Source: Bacteroidota bacterium (lineage in GTDB: Bacteria > Bacteroidota > Bacteroidia > 2-12-FULL-35-15). From it: DNA of 64,000 nt. The notes below the pieces were generated by a model. It did not search any database, was not told the DNA's origin, and saw nothing but the letters and a program-made list of their open reading frames with translations. The stretch is from positions 1,741 through 65,740 of the forward strand of contig JAOQAD010000016.1 in the NCBI GenBank assembly GCA_025963775.1. The letters run 5' to 3'. Shown in pieces: positions 52,402 to 61,146 of the stretch. Each line of letters starts with the position of its first letter. Position 1 is the stretch's first letter. The translations under genes were made by a program, and so were the position numbers.

Positions 52402-52848
52402 CTACAAGTCTTTATCCATAAGGTAATGCTGGATTTCGTCCCACATCAGGAAACTCTTCTTTGCAATTTTATATCCACATTTGGTGTAGAACCCAACAGC
52501 AATTTCACGCGCCTGCAGGATCATTTTTCCGGCGCCTTTTTGCTTTGCTTTTTGTTCGGCATATTCAACCAGTTTTTTTCCAATGCCGAGGCCTTGTGTG
52601 CCGGTTTTTACAGCCATATAACGGAGCTGTGCCTCGGTGGGGGAGTTCAGCTGCAGGCGGCAAACGCCCAGCACTTCACCGCTTTTGTTGGAAGCCATTA
52701 TGTGGATGGATTCATTTTCCTGCTCATCCTTTTCCGAGCCGGGCGGCTGGTTCCAGGGTTTGCGCAGCACTTCGTACCGCAGTAAATAATAAGCCTCAAA
52801 CTGTTCTTTAGTTTGAGGCTCCGTTATTTTTACAGGATCAGTTTTCAA
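52402..52848 (-). CDS. GNAT family N-acetyltransferase
   Basis: LRYMAVKTGTQGLGIGKKLVEYAEQKAKQKGAGKMILQAREIAVGFYTKCGY (GNAT motifs A and B). Confidence 0.85.
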   Translation of the reverse strand: MKTDPVKITEPQTKEQFEAYYLLRYEVLRKPWNQPPGSEKDEQENESIHIMASNKSGEVLGVCRLQLNSPTEAQLRYMAVKTGTQGLGIGKKLVEYAEQKAKQKGAGKMILQAREIAVGFYTKCGYKIAKKSFLMWDEIQHYLMDKDL

Positions 52849-52851
52849 CTC

Positions 52852-53817
52852 TTAGAATTTAGAACGTGTCCTTCTTTTGTATGGGATCTTGTAGGATGCA
52901 GTGATGTTGATGAACATGTACGCATCTTTGTCTTTCGGGTCGCCGCGCTGTTCGCCTGTTGCCGACTGCACTGCACCTGTTGCATTTCCGCCAAGCTCGG
53001 CCGGATAATTAAGCAGGGAAGGATCTGCAAGGTCTGCAGCCATATCGCCTTTTGCAGCCCTTAAGGCAGCATTGTCGTAATACACGGAGCTTACATCATC
53101 GATGTAATCGGTGAATGTTTTTCTTACACCGATCTCGAGGCCGATCGCCCAATCCTTGTTCAGGTTATATTTTGCGCCGATCCCGTAAGGAATGCAAATG
53201 CTGATCCTGGAATATTTTTTCTTTCCTCCCGGAAGGCCCTGCCCTTCGGTGCTTAAAGGCTGAAGATTCACGTAATGCCCTTTGTACATGGCTTGCGGGT
53301 TGAAGTAAAAACCGCCAATGCCCACAAACAGGTAAGCCTGGTAATCGTAATTCTTCATCCCTTTTGCATTCTTGATCTTGTAGCGGTGTCCCTGCTGTTC
53401 CTTTGTAAGGTAGAATTCTGCCTGTGCGGAAACTTCGAAGATGTGCGACCTGAAACTTAAGTTCCGGTTGTTGCGGTACGGTTCTTTTGTAAGCCTGTCG
53501 GCACCGCTCACCAGCTGGTAATAAAATCCGCCTTTCACAGCAAAGCGCTTGGCAAATTTGTAGCGGATGCCAATGGCTGCAGAAGGGCGTGTCATCGAAA
53601 ATTCAAGGTCCCTTACGAAATTGGTGCCGATCCTGTTGGCGCCTCCCAGCTCGCCAAGGAAATTAGCTGCACCTATCGCAAATACATACTCCTTACGGAT
53701 CTTGTTGCGGCTGCTGGAAAAGCTGTTTGACCTCTTGTATTTGGGTTTGCCTCTGTACTGGGCAGATGCCAGCAAAGGAATGATGAGTAATAGTGAGAGT
53801 AGGATCTTTTTACGCAT
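52852..53817 (-). CDS. Outer-membrane beta-barrel protein (DUF6089-like)
   Basis: Signal peptide MRKKILLSLLLIIPLLASAQ, GAANFLGELGG, alternating strand pattern and C-terminal ...TRSKF. Confidence 0.6.
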   Translation of the reverse strand: MRKKILLSLLLIIPLLASAQYRGKPKYKRSNSFSSSRNKIRKEYVFAIGAANFLGELGGANRIGTNFVRDLEFSMTRPSAAIGIRYKFAKRFAVKGGFYYQLVSGADRLTKEPYRNNRNLSFRSHIFEVSAQAEFYLTKEQQGHRYKIKNAKGMKNYDYQAYLFVGIGGFYFNPQAMYKGHYVNLQPLSTEGQGLPGGKKKYSRISICIPYGIGAKYNLNKDWAIGLEIGVRKTFTDYIDDVSSVYYDNAALRAAKGDMAADLADPSLLNYPAELGGNATGAVQSATGEQRGDPKDKDAYMFINITASYKIPYKRRTRSKF

Positions 53818-53916
53818 TTGTTCTGTTCTTAATATCTAAGAAGTTCACAAAAATATAAAAAAAATTCTATACTGTGCAAGTCTATTGTAACTTATTTGCT
53901 ATCAATATATTATCAG

Positions 53917-54987
53917 TTATTTCACCTGGAAGGCTGCTGTTTTTACATTTTTACAGCCGGTTCCTTCTGCGATCCATGAATTGACAAGGGATGCAGCCTG
54001 CGGTTCGGCAAATACCTCTTTGAGCGAACGGATCATTCCGGCAGGAATATCATTTTTGATCAGCTCCTCCATCAGCGGCAGCGAATCACGATTTATAAAG
54101 GCCGGCTTGAGCTCTTCAAACAGCGCTTTCCTGTTCTTAACCCTTTCCGGGTTGTTCAAAAAACGCGGGTCTTCAATTAGTTTTTCGCAGCCGAGTATGT
54201 TGCAGAGCTGTGCGAACTGCTTGTTGTTGCCGATCGCCAGCACTAATTGTTTATTGTCGGAAGTGATGAACAGTTCGCCGTAAGGTGCAATGTTCGGGTG
54301 AAGGGAGCCGCTGCGCTGCGGGTCTTCATTGGCCATGAGCCAGTTCCCTGCCTGGTTCGCGAGCGAAGCGATGGCTGCATCGTACAGTGAAACTGTGACC
54401 TTTGAGCCTTCGCCTGTTCTCATGCGTTTGATGAGCGCGATGAGAATGCCTTCCTTTAACTGGTGCGCTGCAAGAATATCGATGAGGGCCACCGGCATTT
54501 TCACAGGGCCGCTTTCCGGGGTGCCGTTCATGTGCATGAAGCCTGTTTCTGCCTGTAAAACCAAGTCATACGCGGTGCGGTGCACATCTTCGCCAAAGCC
54601 GCTGATGCCTGCATAAATAATCCCCGGGTTTATTTTCCTGATGCTTTCATGGTCCATCCCGAGCTTTACATCATCGCCGGGCTTGTAATTGCAGATCACG
54701 ATATCGGCCGATTTTAAAAGGCTGTAGGCTTTCTGCCTGTCACCGTCATCATGGAGGTTCAGCATAATGCTTTGCTTGCCGCGGTTCACGGAAGCATAGT
54801 ATGCTGAGAGCGCTGAAGCAGGATCTTCCGCTGACAGTTTCCAGCTGCGGGTCACATCCCCGTTCGTGAGCTTATTCTCCACCTTGGTCACTTCAGCGCC
54901 AAGCTCCGCGAAGAACATTCCTGCGGCGGGCCCTGCCAGCACATTGGCAAGCTCCACTACTTTCAGGCCTTTGAAGAAAGCTTCCAT
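53917..54987 (-). CDS. Family III CoA-transferase (CaiB/BaiF)
   Basis: FKGLKVVELANVLAGPAAGMFFAELGAEVTKVE, ...ICNYKPG and ...GISGFG. Confidence 0.88.
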   Translation of the reverse strand: MEAFFKGLKVVELANVLAGPAAGMFFAELGAEVTKVENKLTNGDVTRSWKLSAEDPASALSAYYASVNRGKQSIMLNLHDDGDRQKAYSLLKSADIVICNYKPGDDVKLGMDHESIRKINPGIIYAGISGFGEDVHRTAYDLVLQAETGFMHMNGTPESGPVKMPVALIDILAAHQLKEGILIALIKRMRTGEGSKVTVSLYDAAIASLANQAGNWLMANEDPQRSGSLHPNIAPYGELFITSDNKQLVLAIGNNKQFAQLCNILGCEKLIEDPRFLNNPERVKNRKALFEELKPAFINRDSLPLMEELIKNDIPAGMIRSLKEVFAEPQAASLVNSWIAEGTGCKNVKTAAFQVK

Positions 54988-54989
54988 CG

Positions 54990-55976
54990 TTAAAATTTAG
55001 ACTGCACCGGTTTATTCTGCAATATAGTTTCAATGTTCAGCATTACATCCTCCGTTAGTTTTTCAACCACTTCCAGGGCATGCAGGTTATCTTTCAGCTG
55101 TTCCACTTTTGATGCTCCCGTGATCACAGTGCTCACATTGTTGTTTTTCAGGCACCATGCCAGTGCCATGCGCGGCAGTGTAGTGCCGAGCTCTTTTGCA
55201 AAGGCGTCCAGCTTTTTCACTTTTTCGATTTTGTCCTTTGCTGCATCGCCTACGGTGGCTTCCTTCAGCCATTCCAGTGTTGGCAGGTGAATGCGGGTGT
55301 CGTCCGGAATTCCGTTGTTGTATTTCCCGGTAAGGAGCCCCGATGCCAGCGGCGACCAGATGGTGGTTCCCAGCCCGATCTCCGGGTAGAGGCGGGCATA
55401 TTCCACCTCAAAGCGCTCGCGGTGAAACATGTTGTATTGCGGCTGCTCCATGGTAGGAGGCGTGAGGTTATACTGGCGGGCAACACTGTAGGCTTCCATG
55501 ATCTGCTGTGCGCTCCATTCGCTGGTGCCCCAGTAAAGAACTTTCCCCTGCACAATTAGATCGTGCATGGCGCGCACGGTTTCTTCAACCGGTGTATTGC
55601 GGTCGGGGCGGTGACAAAAATAAAGGTCGAGGTAATCCACCTGCAGGCGCTTCAACGCTGCATGGCAGGCTTCCATAACGTGCTTGCGGCTCAGTCCCAT
55701 CTGGTTAGGCAGTTTGCCGCCCCAGAACACTTTGCTGGAAACAACATAGGAGGTACGGTCCCAGCCCATCTTTTTTAAGATGTTTCCCATCACGGTCTCC
55801 GATTTTCCGTTCGCGTATGTTTCAGCATTGTCAAAAAAATTAATGCCGTTATCGTATGCTACCTTCATGCATTCTTCAGCGATCGGATCGCCCACCTGGT
55901 TCCCGAAGGTCACCCACGATCCGAAGGACAATGCACTTACCTGTAAGCCCGATTTTCCTAATCTCCTGTATTCCAT
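54990..55976 (-). CDS. Aldo-keto reductase of the Kv-beta (AKR6) subfamily
   Basis: Start trimmed to ATG55976. [27 protein letters not shown]...[21 protein letters not shown]...GLSRKH...[24 protein letters not shown] is collinear with my recollection of mammalian Kv-beta2. Confidence 0.88.
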   Translation of the reverse strand: MEYRRLGKSGLQVSALSFGSWVTFGNQVGDPIAEECMKVAYDNGINFFDNAETYANGKSETVMGNILKKMGWDRTSYVVSSKVFWGGKLPNQMGLSRKHVMEACHAALKRLQVDYLDLYFCHRPDRNTPVEETVRAMHDLIVQGKVLYWGTSEWSAQQIMEAYSVARQYNLTPPTMEQPQYNMFHRERFEVEYARLYPEIGLGTTIWSPLASGLLTGKYNNGIPDDTRIHLPTLEWLKEATVGDAAKDKIEKVKKLDAFAKELGTTLPRMALAWCLKNNNVSTVITGASKVEQLKDNLHALEVVEKLTEDVMLNIETILQNKPVQSKF

Positions 55977-56142
55977 GGTATCAAATTTTAGATTGTAAAA
56001 GTACAAAATGTATTGCCTTGGAGATTGTATAAAAACATCAGAATAATGCTTTGAGTAACTTCTATAATGTACGGAAGCTCCCAAAATCTTACATTTAATA
56101 CAATTGTACTTGAAAATAGCCGGATAATCATATAAATAGGGC

Positions 56143-56150
56143 TATTTTTG
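56143..56150 (+). promoter_or_regulatory. Candidate -7 box TATTTTTG for the histidine kinase gene
   Basis: Exact TAnnTTTG 22 nt upstream of ATG56172. It overlaps the ORF-track TTG56148 start, which argues against that start. Confidence 0.45.
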
Positions 56151-56171
56151 CTTTTTAAAGCTAAAACCGAA

Positions 56172-58256
56172 ATGTCAGAGGATAATATAAAGCAGCCGGA
56201 CCCGGATGAGCGTGGACAAAAAAGTCAGAAGCATTCTGAGAACCCTGCTTTTACAGAAGAGGCCTACCATCATTTTTTTGAGAACATGCTGCATGGCTTT
56301 GCATATTGTAAGGTGTTGTTTAATGAGGCGGGGAAAGCGGATGATTTTATTTACCTGATCGTCAACAAAAATTACGAAGCGATGACCGGCCTTGAGAATG
56401 TGGCCGGTAAAAAGGCTTCAGAGGCAATGCCGGGCGTAAAGGAATCGGGTTCGGCCTATTTTGAAATGATCGGGAGAGTTGTGCTTACAGGGAAAGCGGA
56501 ACGCTTTGAAACATATGCGGAGGTTTTAGGAAAATGGTTTTCCATTTCACTGTATCGCCCGGAAGAAGGATACTTTGCAGGCTTTATCGATAACATTACT
56601 GAGCGGAAGGAAGCCGAAGCAAAAATAAATCAGCTGAACCGACTGTATGCTTTTATCAGCCAGGTGAACCAAACTATTATTCATATAAAGGATGAACAAC
56701 TGCTTTTAAGGCAGGTATGCAAAATAGCCCTTGAGTTCGGGAAATTCAAAATGGCCTGGATAGGGAGGGTGGACAGTATCCGGAAAAGGATGCTCCTCCT
56801 GGAACAAGCCGGTATGGGGCCGGAGGACCTTGATCTGTTCGGCAATGCGGCGTACAAAGAGGGCGGCCCGATAGAGCAGGTGCTCCTTACCGGTATATCC
56901 TACATCAGTAACGATATTGAAAATGATCCGGCTTTGGAAGCCTGGAAGCATCATGCCCGTGACCGTGGAATTCGTTCCCTGGCCATCCTGCCTTTGAAAA
57001 AAGGCGGAGAGATCACGGCAACCTTTCATCTGTATTCTTCCATTCATCATTTTTTTGACAGCGAAGAAACTACCCTGCTTGAAGAAGCGGCGGGGGATGT
57101 GTCGTTTGCAATGGATATTTTCGAAAAGGAAAAAGAACGCATTGCGATCGAAAAAAAAATAAAGGAAGCGGAAAAGAACCACAAGGCGATCTTCGACAAT
57201 GCATCCGAAGGCTTCGTGCTCCTTGACAGCAATTGCATGATAAAGGCCTTCAATGAAAAGGCAAAAGAATATATTTTTTTAAATGCTGATAAGGAAGTGC
57301 GGTCAGGACAAAGCATTTATGAGTTCATGGATGAATCGAGGATCGCCCCTTTAAAAGAGATCATGTTAAAGGTGCTGAAGGGGGAAACCATCCAGTACGA
57401 GCATTACTACGGGGTAAAGAACGGCAGGATATCCTGGTTCAGCTTTACGATGGCGCCTGTGCGGGAAAATGAGAAAGTGACAGACGTATGCATCACCGGG
57501 CGGGATATCACGGAAAAAAAGCTTGCTGAACAGGAAAGGGAGCTGGACCGTAATAACCTGAAAAAATCGGAGGCACATTTGAAATCGGCGAACAGGGACC
57601 TGGAAACATTCATTTACAGGGCATCGCATGACCTGAGAGGGCCGCTTTCCTCGATCATGGGACTTACGAATGTAAGCAGGCTGGAGATCACGGATGAGAA
57701 AGCATTATCGTACATCGACATGATCAGCCTCTCTACAAAAAAGCTGGATGATACGCTCATCGGGCTTGTGCAGAGCATGGCGCTGAAGGACGTTGCAAAG
57801 TTCGAGGATGAGATCGATTTTAAGGGCATGATCGACGAAACCTTTAACAAGTTCCAGTTCTATGAAGGGTTTTCAAGGATGAACTTCATGGTGGACATCA
57901 GCTTAAGCGCTCCTTTTGTTTCAAGCAGGCTGATCCTGCAGCCGGTGATCCAGAACCTGATCGAGAATTCCATCAAGTACCAGGATGTAAATGCAGAGAA
58001 TTCCTATACGAACATCAGCATTTCGGATACGGCAAACGAAGTACGGATCGTATTCAGGGATAACGGGATAGGAATGGAGCCATCCATTCATGAGAAAGTG
58101 TTTGATGTATATTATAAGGGCACGCAATCTTCAAAAGGCTCGGGGCTGGGCTTGTATATTGTAAAAACGGCGCTTGAAAAGATCAATGGCAGTATTGAGC
58201 TGAAAAGTGCGCGTGGCAAGGGTTCTACTTTTACAATAAGACTGCCGAAGCAGTAA
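56172..58256 (+). CDS. Cytoplasmic PAS-GAF-PAS sensor histidine kinase
   Basis: H-box YRASHDLRGPLSSI, N-box QNLIENSIKYQ, G1 FRDNGIGME and G2 GSGLGLYIVK. Upstream PAS-like and GAF-like (...KMAWIGRVD...) modules. No TM helices. Confidence 0.88.
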   Translation: MSEDNIKQPDPDERGQKSQKHSENPAFTEEAYHHFFENMLHGFAYCKVLFNEAGKADDFIYLIVNKNYEAMTGLENVAGKKASEAMPGVKESGSAYFEMIGRVVLTGKAERFETYAEVLGKWFSISLYRPEEGYFAGFIDNITERKEAEAKINQLNRLYAFISQVNQTIIHIKDEQLLLRQVCKIALEFGKFKMAWIGRVDSIRKRMLLLEQAGMGPEDLDLFGNAAYKEGGPIEQVLLTGISYISNDIENDPALEAWKHHARDRGIRSLAILPLKKGGEITATFHLYSSIHHFFDSEETTLLEEAAGDVSFAMDIFEKEKERIAIEKKIKEAEKNHKAIFDNASEGFVLLDSNCMIKAFNEKAKEYIFLNADKEVRSGQSIYEFMDESRIAPLKEIMLKVLKGETIQYEHYYGVKNGRISWFSFTMAPVRENEKVTDVCITGRDITEKKLAEQERELDRNNLKKSEAHLKSANRDLETFIYRASHDLRGPLSSIMGLTNVSRLEITDEKALSYIDMISLSTKKLDDTLIGLVQSMALKDVAKFEDEIDFKGMIDETFNKFQFYEGFSRMNFMVDISLSAPFVSSRLILQPVIQNLIENSIKYQDVNAENSYTNISISDTANEVRIVFRDNGIGMEPSIHEKVFDVYYKGTQSSKGSGLGLYIVKTALEKINGSIELKSARGKGSTFTIRLPKQ

Positions 58257-58262
58257 TAAAAT

Positions 58263-58298
58263 AAAAAAACGAGTCCTTCAAAAAGGACTCGTTTTTTA
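58263..58298. terminator. Bidirectional intrinsic terminator
   Basis: A7 - CGAGTCCTT-CAAA-AAGGACTCG - T6, between the kinase stop and the 3' end of tRNA-Leu. Confidence 0.78.
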
Positions 58299-58305
58299 TT
58301 TTGGG

Positions 58306-58385
58306 TGTCCGGGAAGAGATTCGAACTCTCACGATTTCTCGCCACCCCCTCAAGGTGGTGCGTCTGCCAGTTTCGCCACCCGGAC
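58306..58385 (-). tRNA. tRNA-Leu (anticodon GAG)
   Basis: Cloverleaf on the minus strand: acceptor GTCCGGG/CCCGGAC, D-arm GCG-AAACTGGCAGA-CGC, anticodon stem CCACC/GGTGG with loop TTGAGGG, an 11-nt variable arm, and T-arm GAGAG-TTCGAAT-CTCTT. CCA is not encoded. Confidence 0.9.
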
Positions 58386-58435
58386 ATTTAAACTGAGATG
58401 CAAAGTTAAAATTTTATTTGAATGAAAAAACAGAT

Positions 58436-58969
58436 TTATTCTGTAACATCCACAACAATGCTAACTGTAAGATTATCAGCCATGCTGAGGCTGTTCCCAC
58501 CAACGCCGTAATCCCTGCGGTTAAGCGAAAAGCTGCCTTTGAACTGCGTTTTGTCTGCCAGCTTCATAAAATTGAAAGGAATAAGCACTTCCTTTGTAAT
58601 ACCTTTCATGGTCAGCCTGAAATGGCCGTTGTAGCTGATCGGGCCTGTCTTTTCGATCTTTGTGGACTGCAGGCTGATCTTCGGGAATTTTTCCGCATCA
58701 AAATATTCCGGCTTCCGCAAATGATTGTCGCGCATTTCCGTACCTGTATTAATGCTTTTTGCATTCACGGATGCTTTGATGGAACCTTCTTCCGGCTTCA
58801 GCGGATTGAATTTTATTTCCGCTTCCAGTCCGCTGAAGGAGCCATCCACGGTGATGCCCGCATTTTTGATCTTGAACGTGACGGCGGAATTTTTTACTTT
58901 CCATGTATTGTCTGCAAGGAAAAGGAAGGGCAGGAAAGCAAGGACAAGTTTGATTACATATAATTTCAT
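58436..58969 (-). CDS. YceI family (polyisoprenoid-binding) periplasmic protein
   Basis: Signal peptide. SAVTFKIKNAGITVDGSFSGL...INTGTEMRDNHLRKPEYFDAEKFPKISL is the YceI signature. Confidence 0.88.
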   Translation of the reverse strand: MKLYVIKLVLAFLPFLFLADNTWKVKNSAVTFKIKNAGITVDGSFSGLEAEIKFNPLKPEEGSIKASVNAKSINTGTEMRDNHLRKPEYFDAEKFPKISLQSTKIEKTGPISYNGHFRLTMKGITKEVLIPFNFMKLADKTQFKGSFSLNRRDYGVGGNSLSMADNLTVSIVVDVTE

Positions 58970-59003
58970 GTTATTTCTTTTTTAGGTTAAGTTCAGCTAT
59001 GCT

Positions 59004-59441
59004 TTAAGCCGGTTTCAGCCTGAACTTTTCACCGGTTTTATAACCAACAGGAAATGCAGGGCTTTTTATTCCGAAAGGAGGCATGCCGTTATCCGGATAA
59101 TAAAATGTAGCTACATCAGCAGAATATCTTCCTGCGCAAAGCAGCTGAATTACTGTGCAGCCCTTATCAAGGGAATGAACTGAAATATCGATCCATACCG
59201 GGACTTTCTCCTTACGGCAAAGCAATTCAACAACTTCCGTATCTTCAAGTAAGCCGGCCACTTTGCCCCGGTCTTCCGGGTAAATGTCGAACTGTGTTAA
59301 GCGGGGATCATCAGTGGAAAGGCTCAGGCTGACGTTATATTTGTAATCCAGGGGAAGCTCATCGAGTACATATACTTTCGCAAAATCAAGCGCTGCATTT
59401 GAAGCATGGCCGAGCAAGGAGAGGAATTCCCTTTTATTCAT
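59004..59441 (-). CDS. Cytoplasmic protein of unknown function
   Basis: 145 aa, no signal peptide and no motif recognised. Confidence 0.5.
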   Translation of the reverse strand: MNKREFLSLLGHASNAALDFAKVYVLDELPLDYKYNVSLSLSTDDPRLTQFDIYPEDRGKVAGLLEDTEVVELLCRKEKVPVWIDISVHSLDKGCTVIQLLCAGRYSADVATFYYPDNGMPPFGIKSPAFPVGYKTGEKFRLKPA

Positions 59442-59459
59442 TTTTTTAGGATTTAAACG

Positions 59460-59496
59460 CTACGCCTGGTTGATCTTCTGGATCAGGTAATTTTGC
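59460..59496. repeat. Ghost copy of the 3' terminus of the 59627-61141 gene (direct repeat, copy A)
   Basis: CTACGCCTGGTTGATCTTCTGGATCAGGTAATTTTGC matches 59627-59663 at 36 of 37 positions, offset 167 bp. It still reads QNYLIQKINQA-stop on the minus strand. Confidence 0.85.
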
Positions 59497-59497
59497 T

Positions 59498-59583
59498 GTC
59501 AGTTCGGGTTTTCACCTTTTCGCGAAAGTACCGGGAGCTGGTCTACTTCTCGATACTCTCCCTTTGGTCGAACTCGAAGTGAC
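59498..59583. repeat. REP/MITE-like element, family B, lying between the two 37-bp direct repeats
   Basis: GTCAGTTCGGGTTTTCACC...TTCTCGATACTCTCCCTTTGGTCGAACTCGAAGTGAC. Confidence 0.8.
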
Positions 59584-59626
59584 ACAACCATTCAAATATA
59601 TTCAACATTCTTTATCGTATTAAATA

Positions 59627-61141
59627 CTACGCCTGGTTGATCTTCTGGATCAGGTAATTCTGCCCGACAAACTCCCCGCAGGTACGGATAGCGCCTACGG
59701 TTACGCCGAGTACGCCGTGCATATTCAGGTTCTGCCCGGTGAACAGCAGGTTCGGGATCTTTGTCTTCGGTGAAATGAATGTCCTCAGCGGATCTTTATA
59801 ATCCTTGGCAATGCCGTACAATCCACCGTCCTTCGCCCCGATATAATCGCGGTAGGAGAGCGGGGAAGAGGTTGTGTAGGATTTGATGCAGTTCCTCAGT
59901 TCGGGCAATCTTTTTTCAACCTGGCGGATCAGCTTTTCAGCGCGCTCCGTTTTAAAATCTTCGTATTCCTGGCCACGGCTTTCGCGGAAATGAGGAATGG
60001 TCGCATAGGTATTGTCCCATTTTTTCACTTCATCGTACTTCATATAGCTCAGGATCGTCATGCTGTCGGCATATACATCCGAGCGCGACGATTTTGGAAC
60101 GAAGATGCAATAGCCATCCGGCCATGCATCGCCTTCAACATGCACGCTGTCCCATACATTGTTGCTCTTGTAGTGATAGTAATTATGGTTCAGGAATTTG
60201 AAGGTGTTCGGCTTCAATACAATGTCGACAATAAATGCGGAAACGGAATTCTCCAGTCCCTGCAAACGGTTGCGGTAAGCCTTTTTGATCTTGTCGGATT
60301 CCAGCAGCGTCATGGTAGTGGAAGGATGGATGTTGGAGATGAAATGCTTTCCTTCAATGTGCTCGCCGCCTTTTAATTCAACATGCGTTACAAGGCCATC
60401 CTTTTCAACAATGCGCGTTACTTCAGCATAATTGCGGATCTCGCCGCCCATCGCTTTGATATTCTTTGTCAGCAGCTTCTCGATCTGTGCGCCGCCATTC
60501 ACGCATTTGTAGGAGCTCTCGATGTAAGTGTTTGCAACAAGCGCATGCACGTAAAGAGGTGTTTTATTGCCATCGCCGGCATACAGCGGGTTGGAGCCAG
60601 CCAGCACGCTTTGCAGGCGCTTATCCGGCGTGATGGTAGCAATGAAATCCTTCGCGTTGATGTCGAGGTATTTTGTGCCGATGATCGGCGCTTCGTCTTC
60701 ACGTAATTTATAAAGCGGGAAATAATCGCAGACCTCCTGGATCTGCTTTGCGTAATTTTTCAGGTTTTCGCGCTCCGCGGGAAACTGCTGCGCCAGCTGC
60801 TCCACGAAATTATCGTAGCCCTGTGCATGCCTGTATTCGGTGTCATCATCATCGAAGGTGATGCGGTCGAAGCCATCATTGTCCATCCGGTGAAGGTTGA
60901 GCTTGTCCATGATCCCGAAATACTTAAAGCACTGGTTCAGGTTTTGTCCTTCGTCCAGCCCTCCGATATAATGGATGCCCGTATCAAAAATAGCTTTGTC
61001 GCGCACAAAGATCTGCAGGCTGCCGCCCAGCTGCCTGTTCTTTTCAAGCACGCATACCTTGTAGCCTTCACGGCTGAGGATGTATGCGCTTTCCAGTCCA
61101 CCCAGTCCGCTCCCGATAATTACAACATCATACTGTGCCAT
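59627..61141 (-). CDS. Phytoene-desaturase (CrtI)-family NAD(P)/FAD-dependent oxidoreductase
   Basis: MAQYDVVIIGSGLGGLESAYILSREGYKVCVLEKNRQLGGSLQ dinucleotide-binding motif, 504 aa. 5-nt gap to the upstream fusion gene. Confidence 0.85.
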   Translation of the reverse strand: MAQYDVVIIGSGLGGLESAYILSREGYKVCVLEKNRQLGGSLQIFVRDKAIFDTGIHYIGGLDEGQNLNQCFKYFGIMDKLNLHRMDNDGFDRITFDDDDTEYRHAQGYDNFVEQLAQQFPAERENLKNYAKQIQEVCDYFPLYKLREDEAPIIGTKYLDINAKDFIATITPDKRLQSVLAGSNPLYAGDGNKTPLYVHALVANTYIESSYKCVNGGAQIEKLLTKNIKAMGGEIRNYAEVTRIVEKDGLVTHVELKGGEHIEGKHFISNIHPSTTMTLLESDKIKKAYRNRLQGLENSVSAFIVDIVLKPNTFKFLNHNYYHYKSNNVWDSVHVEGDAWPDGYCIFVPKSSRSDVYADSMTILSYMKYDEVKKWDNTYATIPHFRESRGQEYEDFKTERAEKLIRQVEKRLPELRNCIKSYTTSSPLSYRDYIGAKDGGLYGIAKDYKDPLRTFISPKTKIPNLLFTGQNLNMHGVLGVTVGAIRTCGEFVGQNYLIQKINQA

Positions 61142-61146
61142 ACAGA

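Noticed and set aside
52060-52848. GNAT-CheR fusion protein produced by TAG read-through or pyrrolysine-type recoding.
   Set aside because: The shared frame has a one-in-three chance of occurring by accident. I know of no evidence for TAG recoding in Bacteroidota. The CheR part lacks its SAM-binding half, so a fusion would not be a functional methyltransferase. A pseudogene is the simpler reading.
58112-58387. A 91-aa minus-strand ORF.
   Set aside because: It is read through the tRNA-Leu gene and the bidirectional terminator, so it is not a plausible protein.
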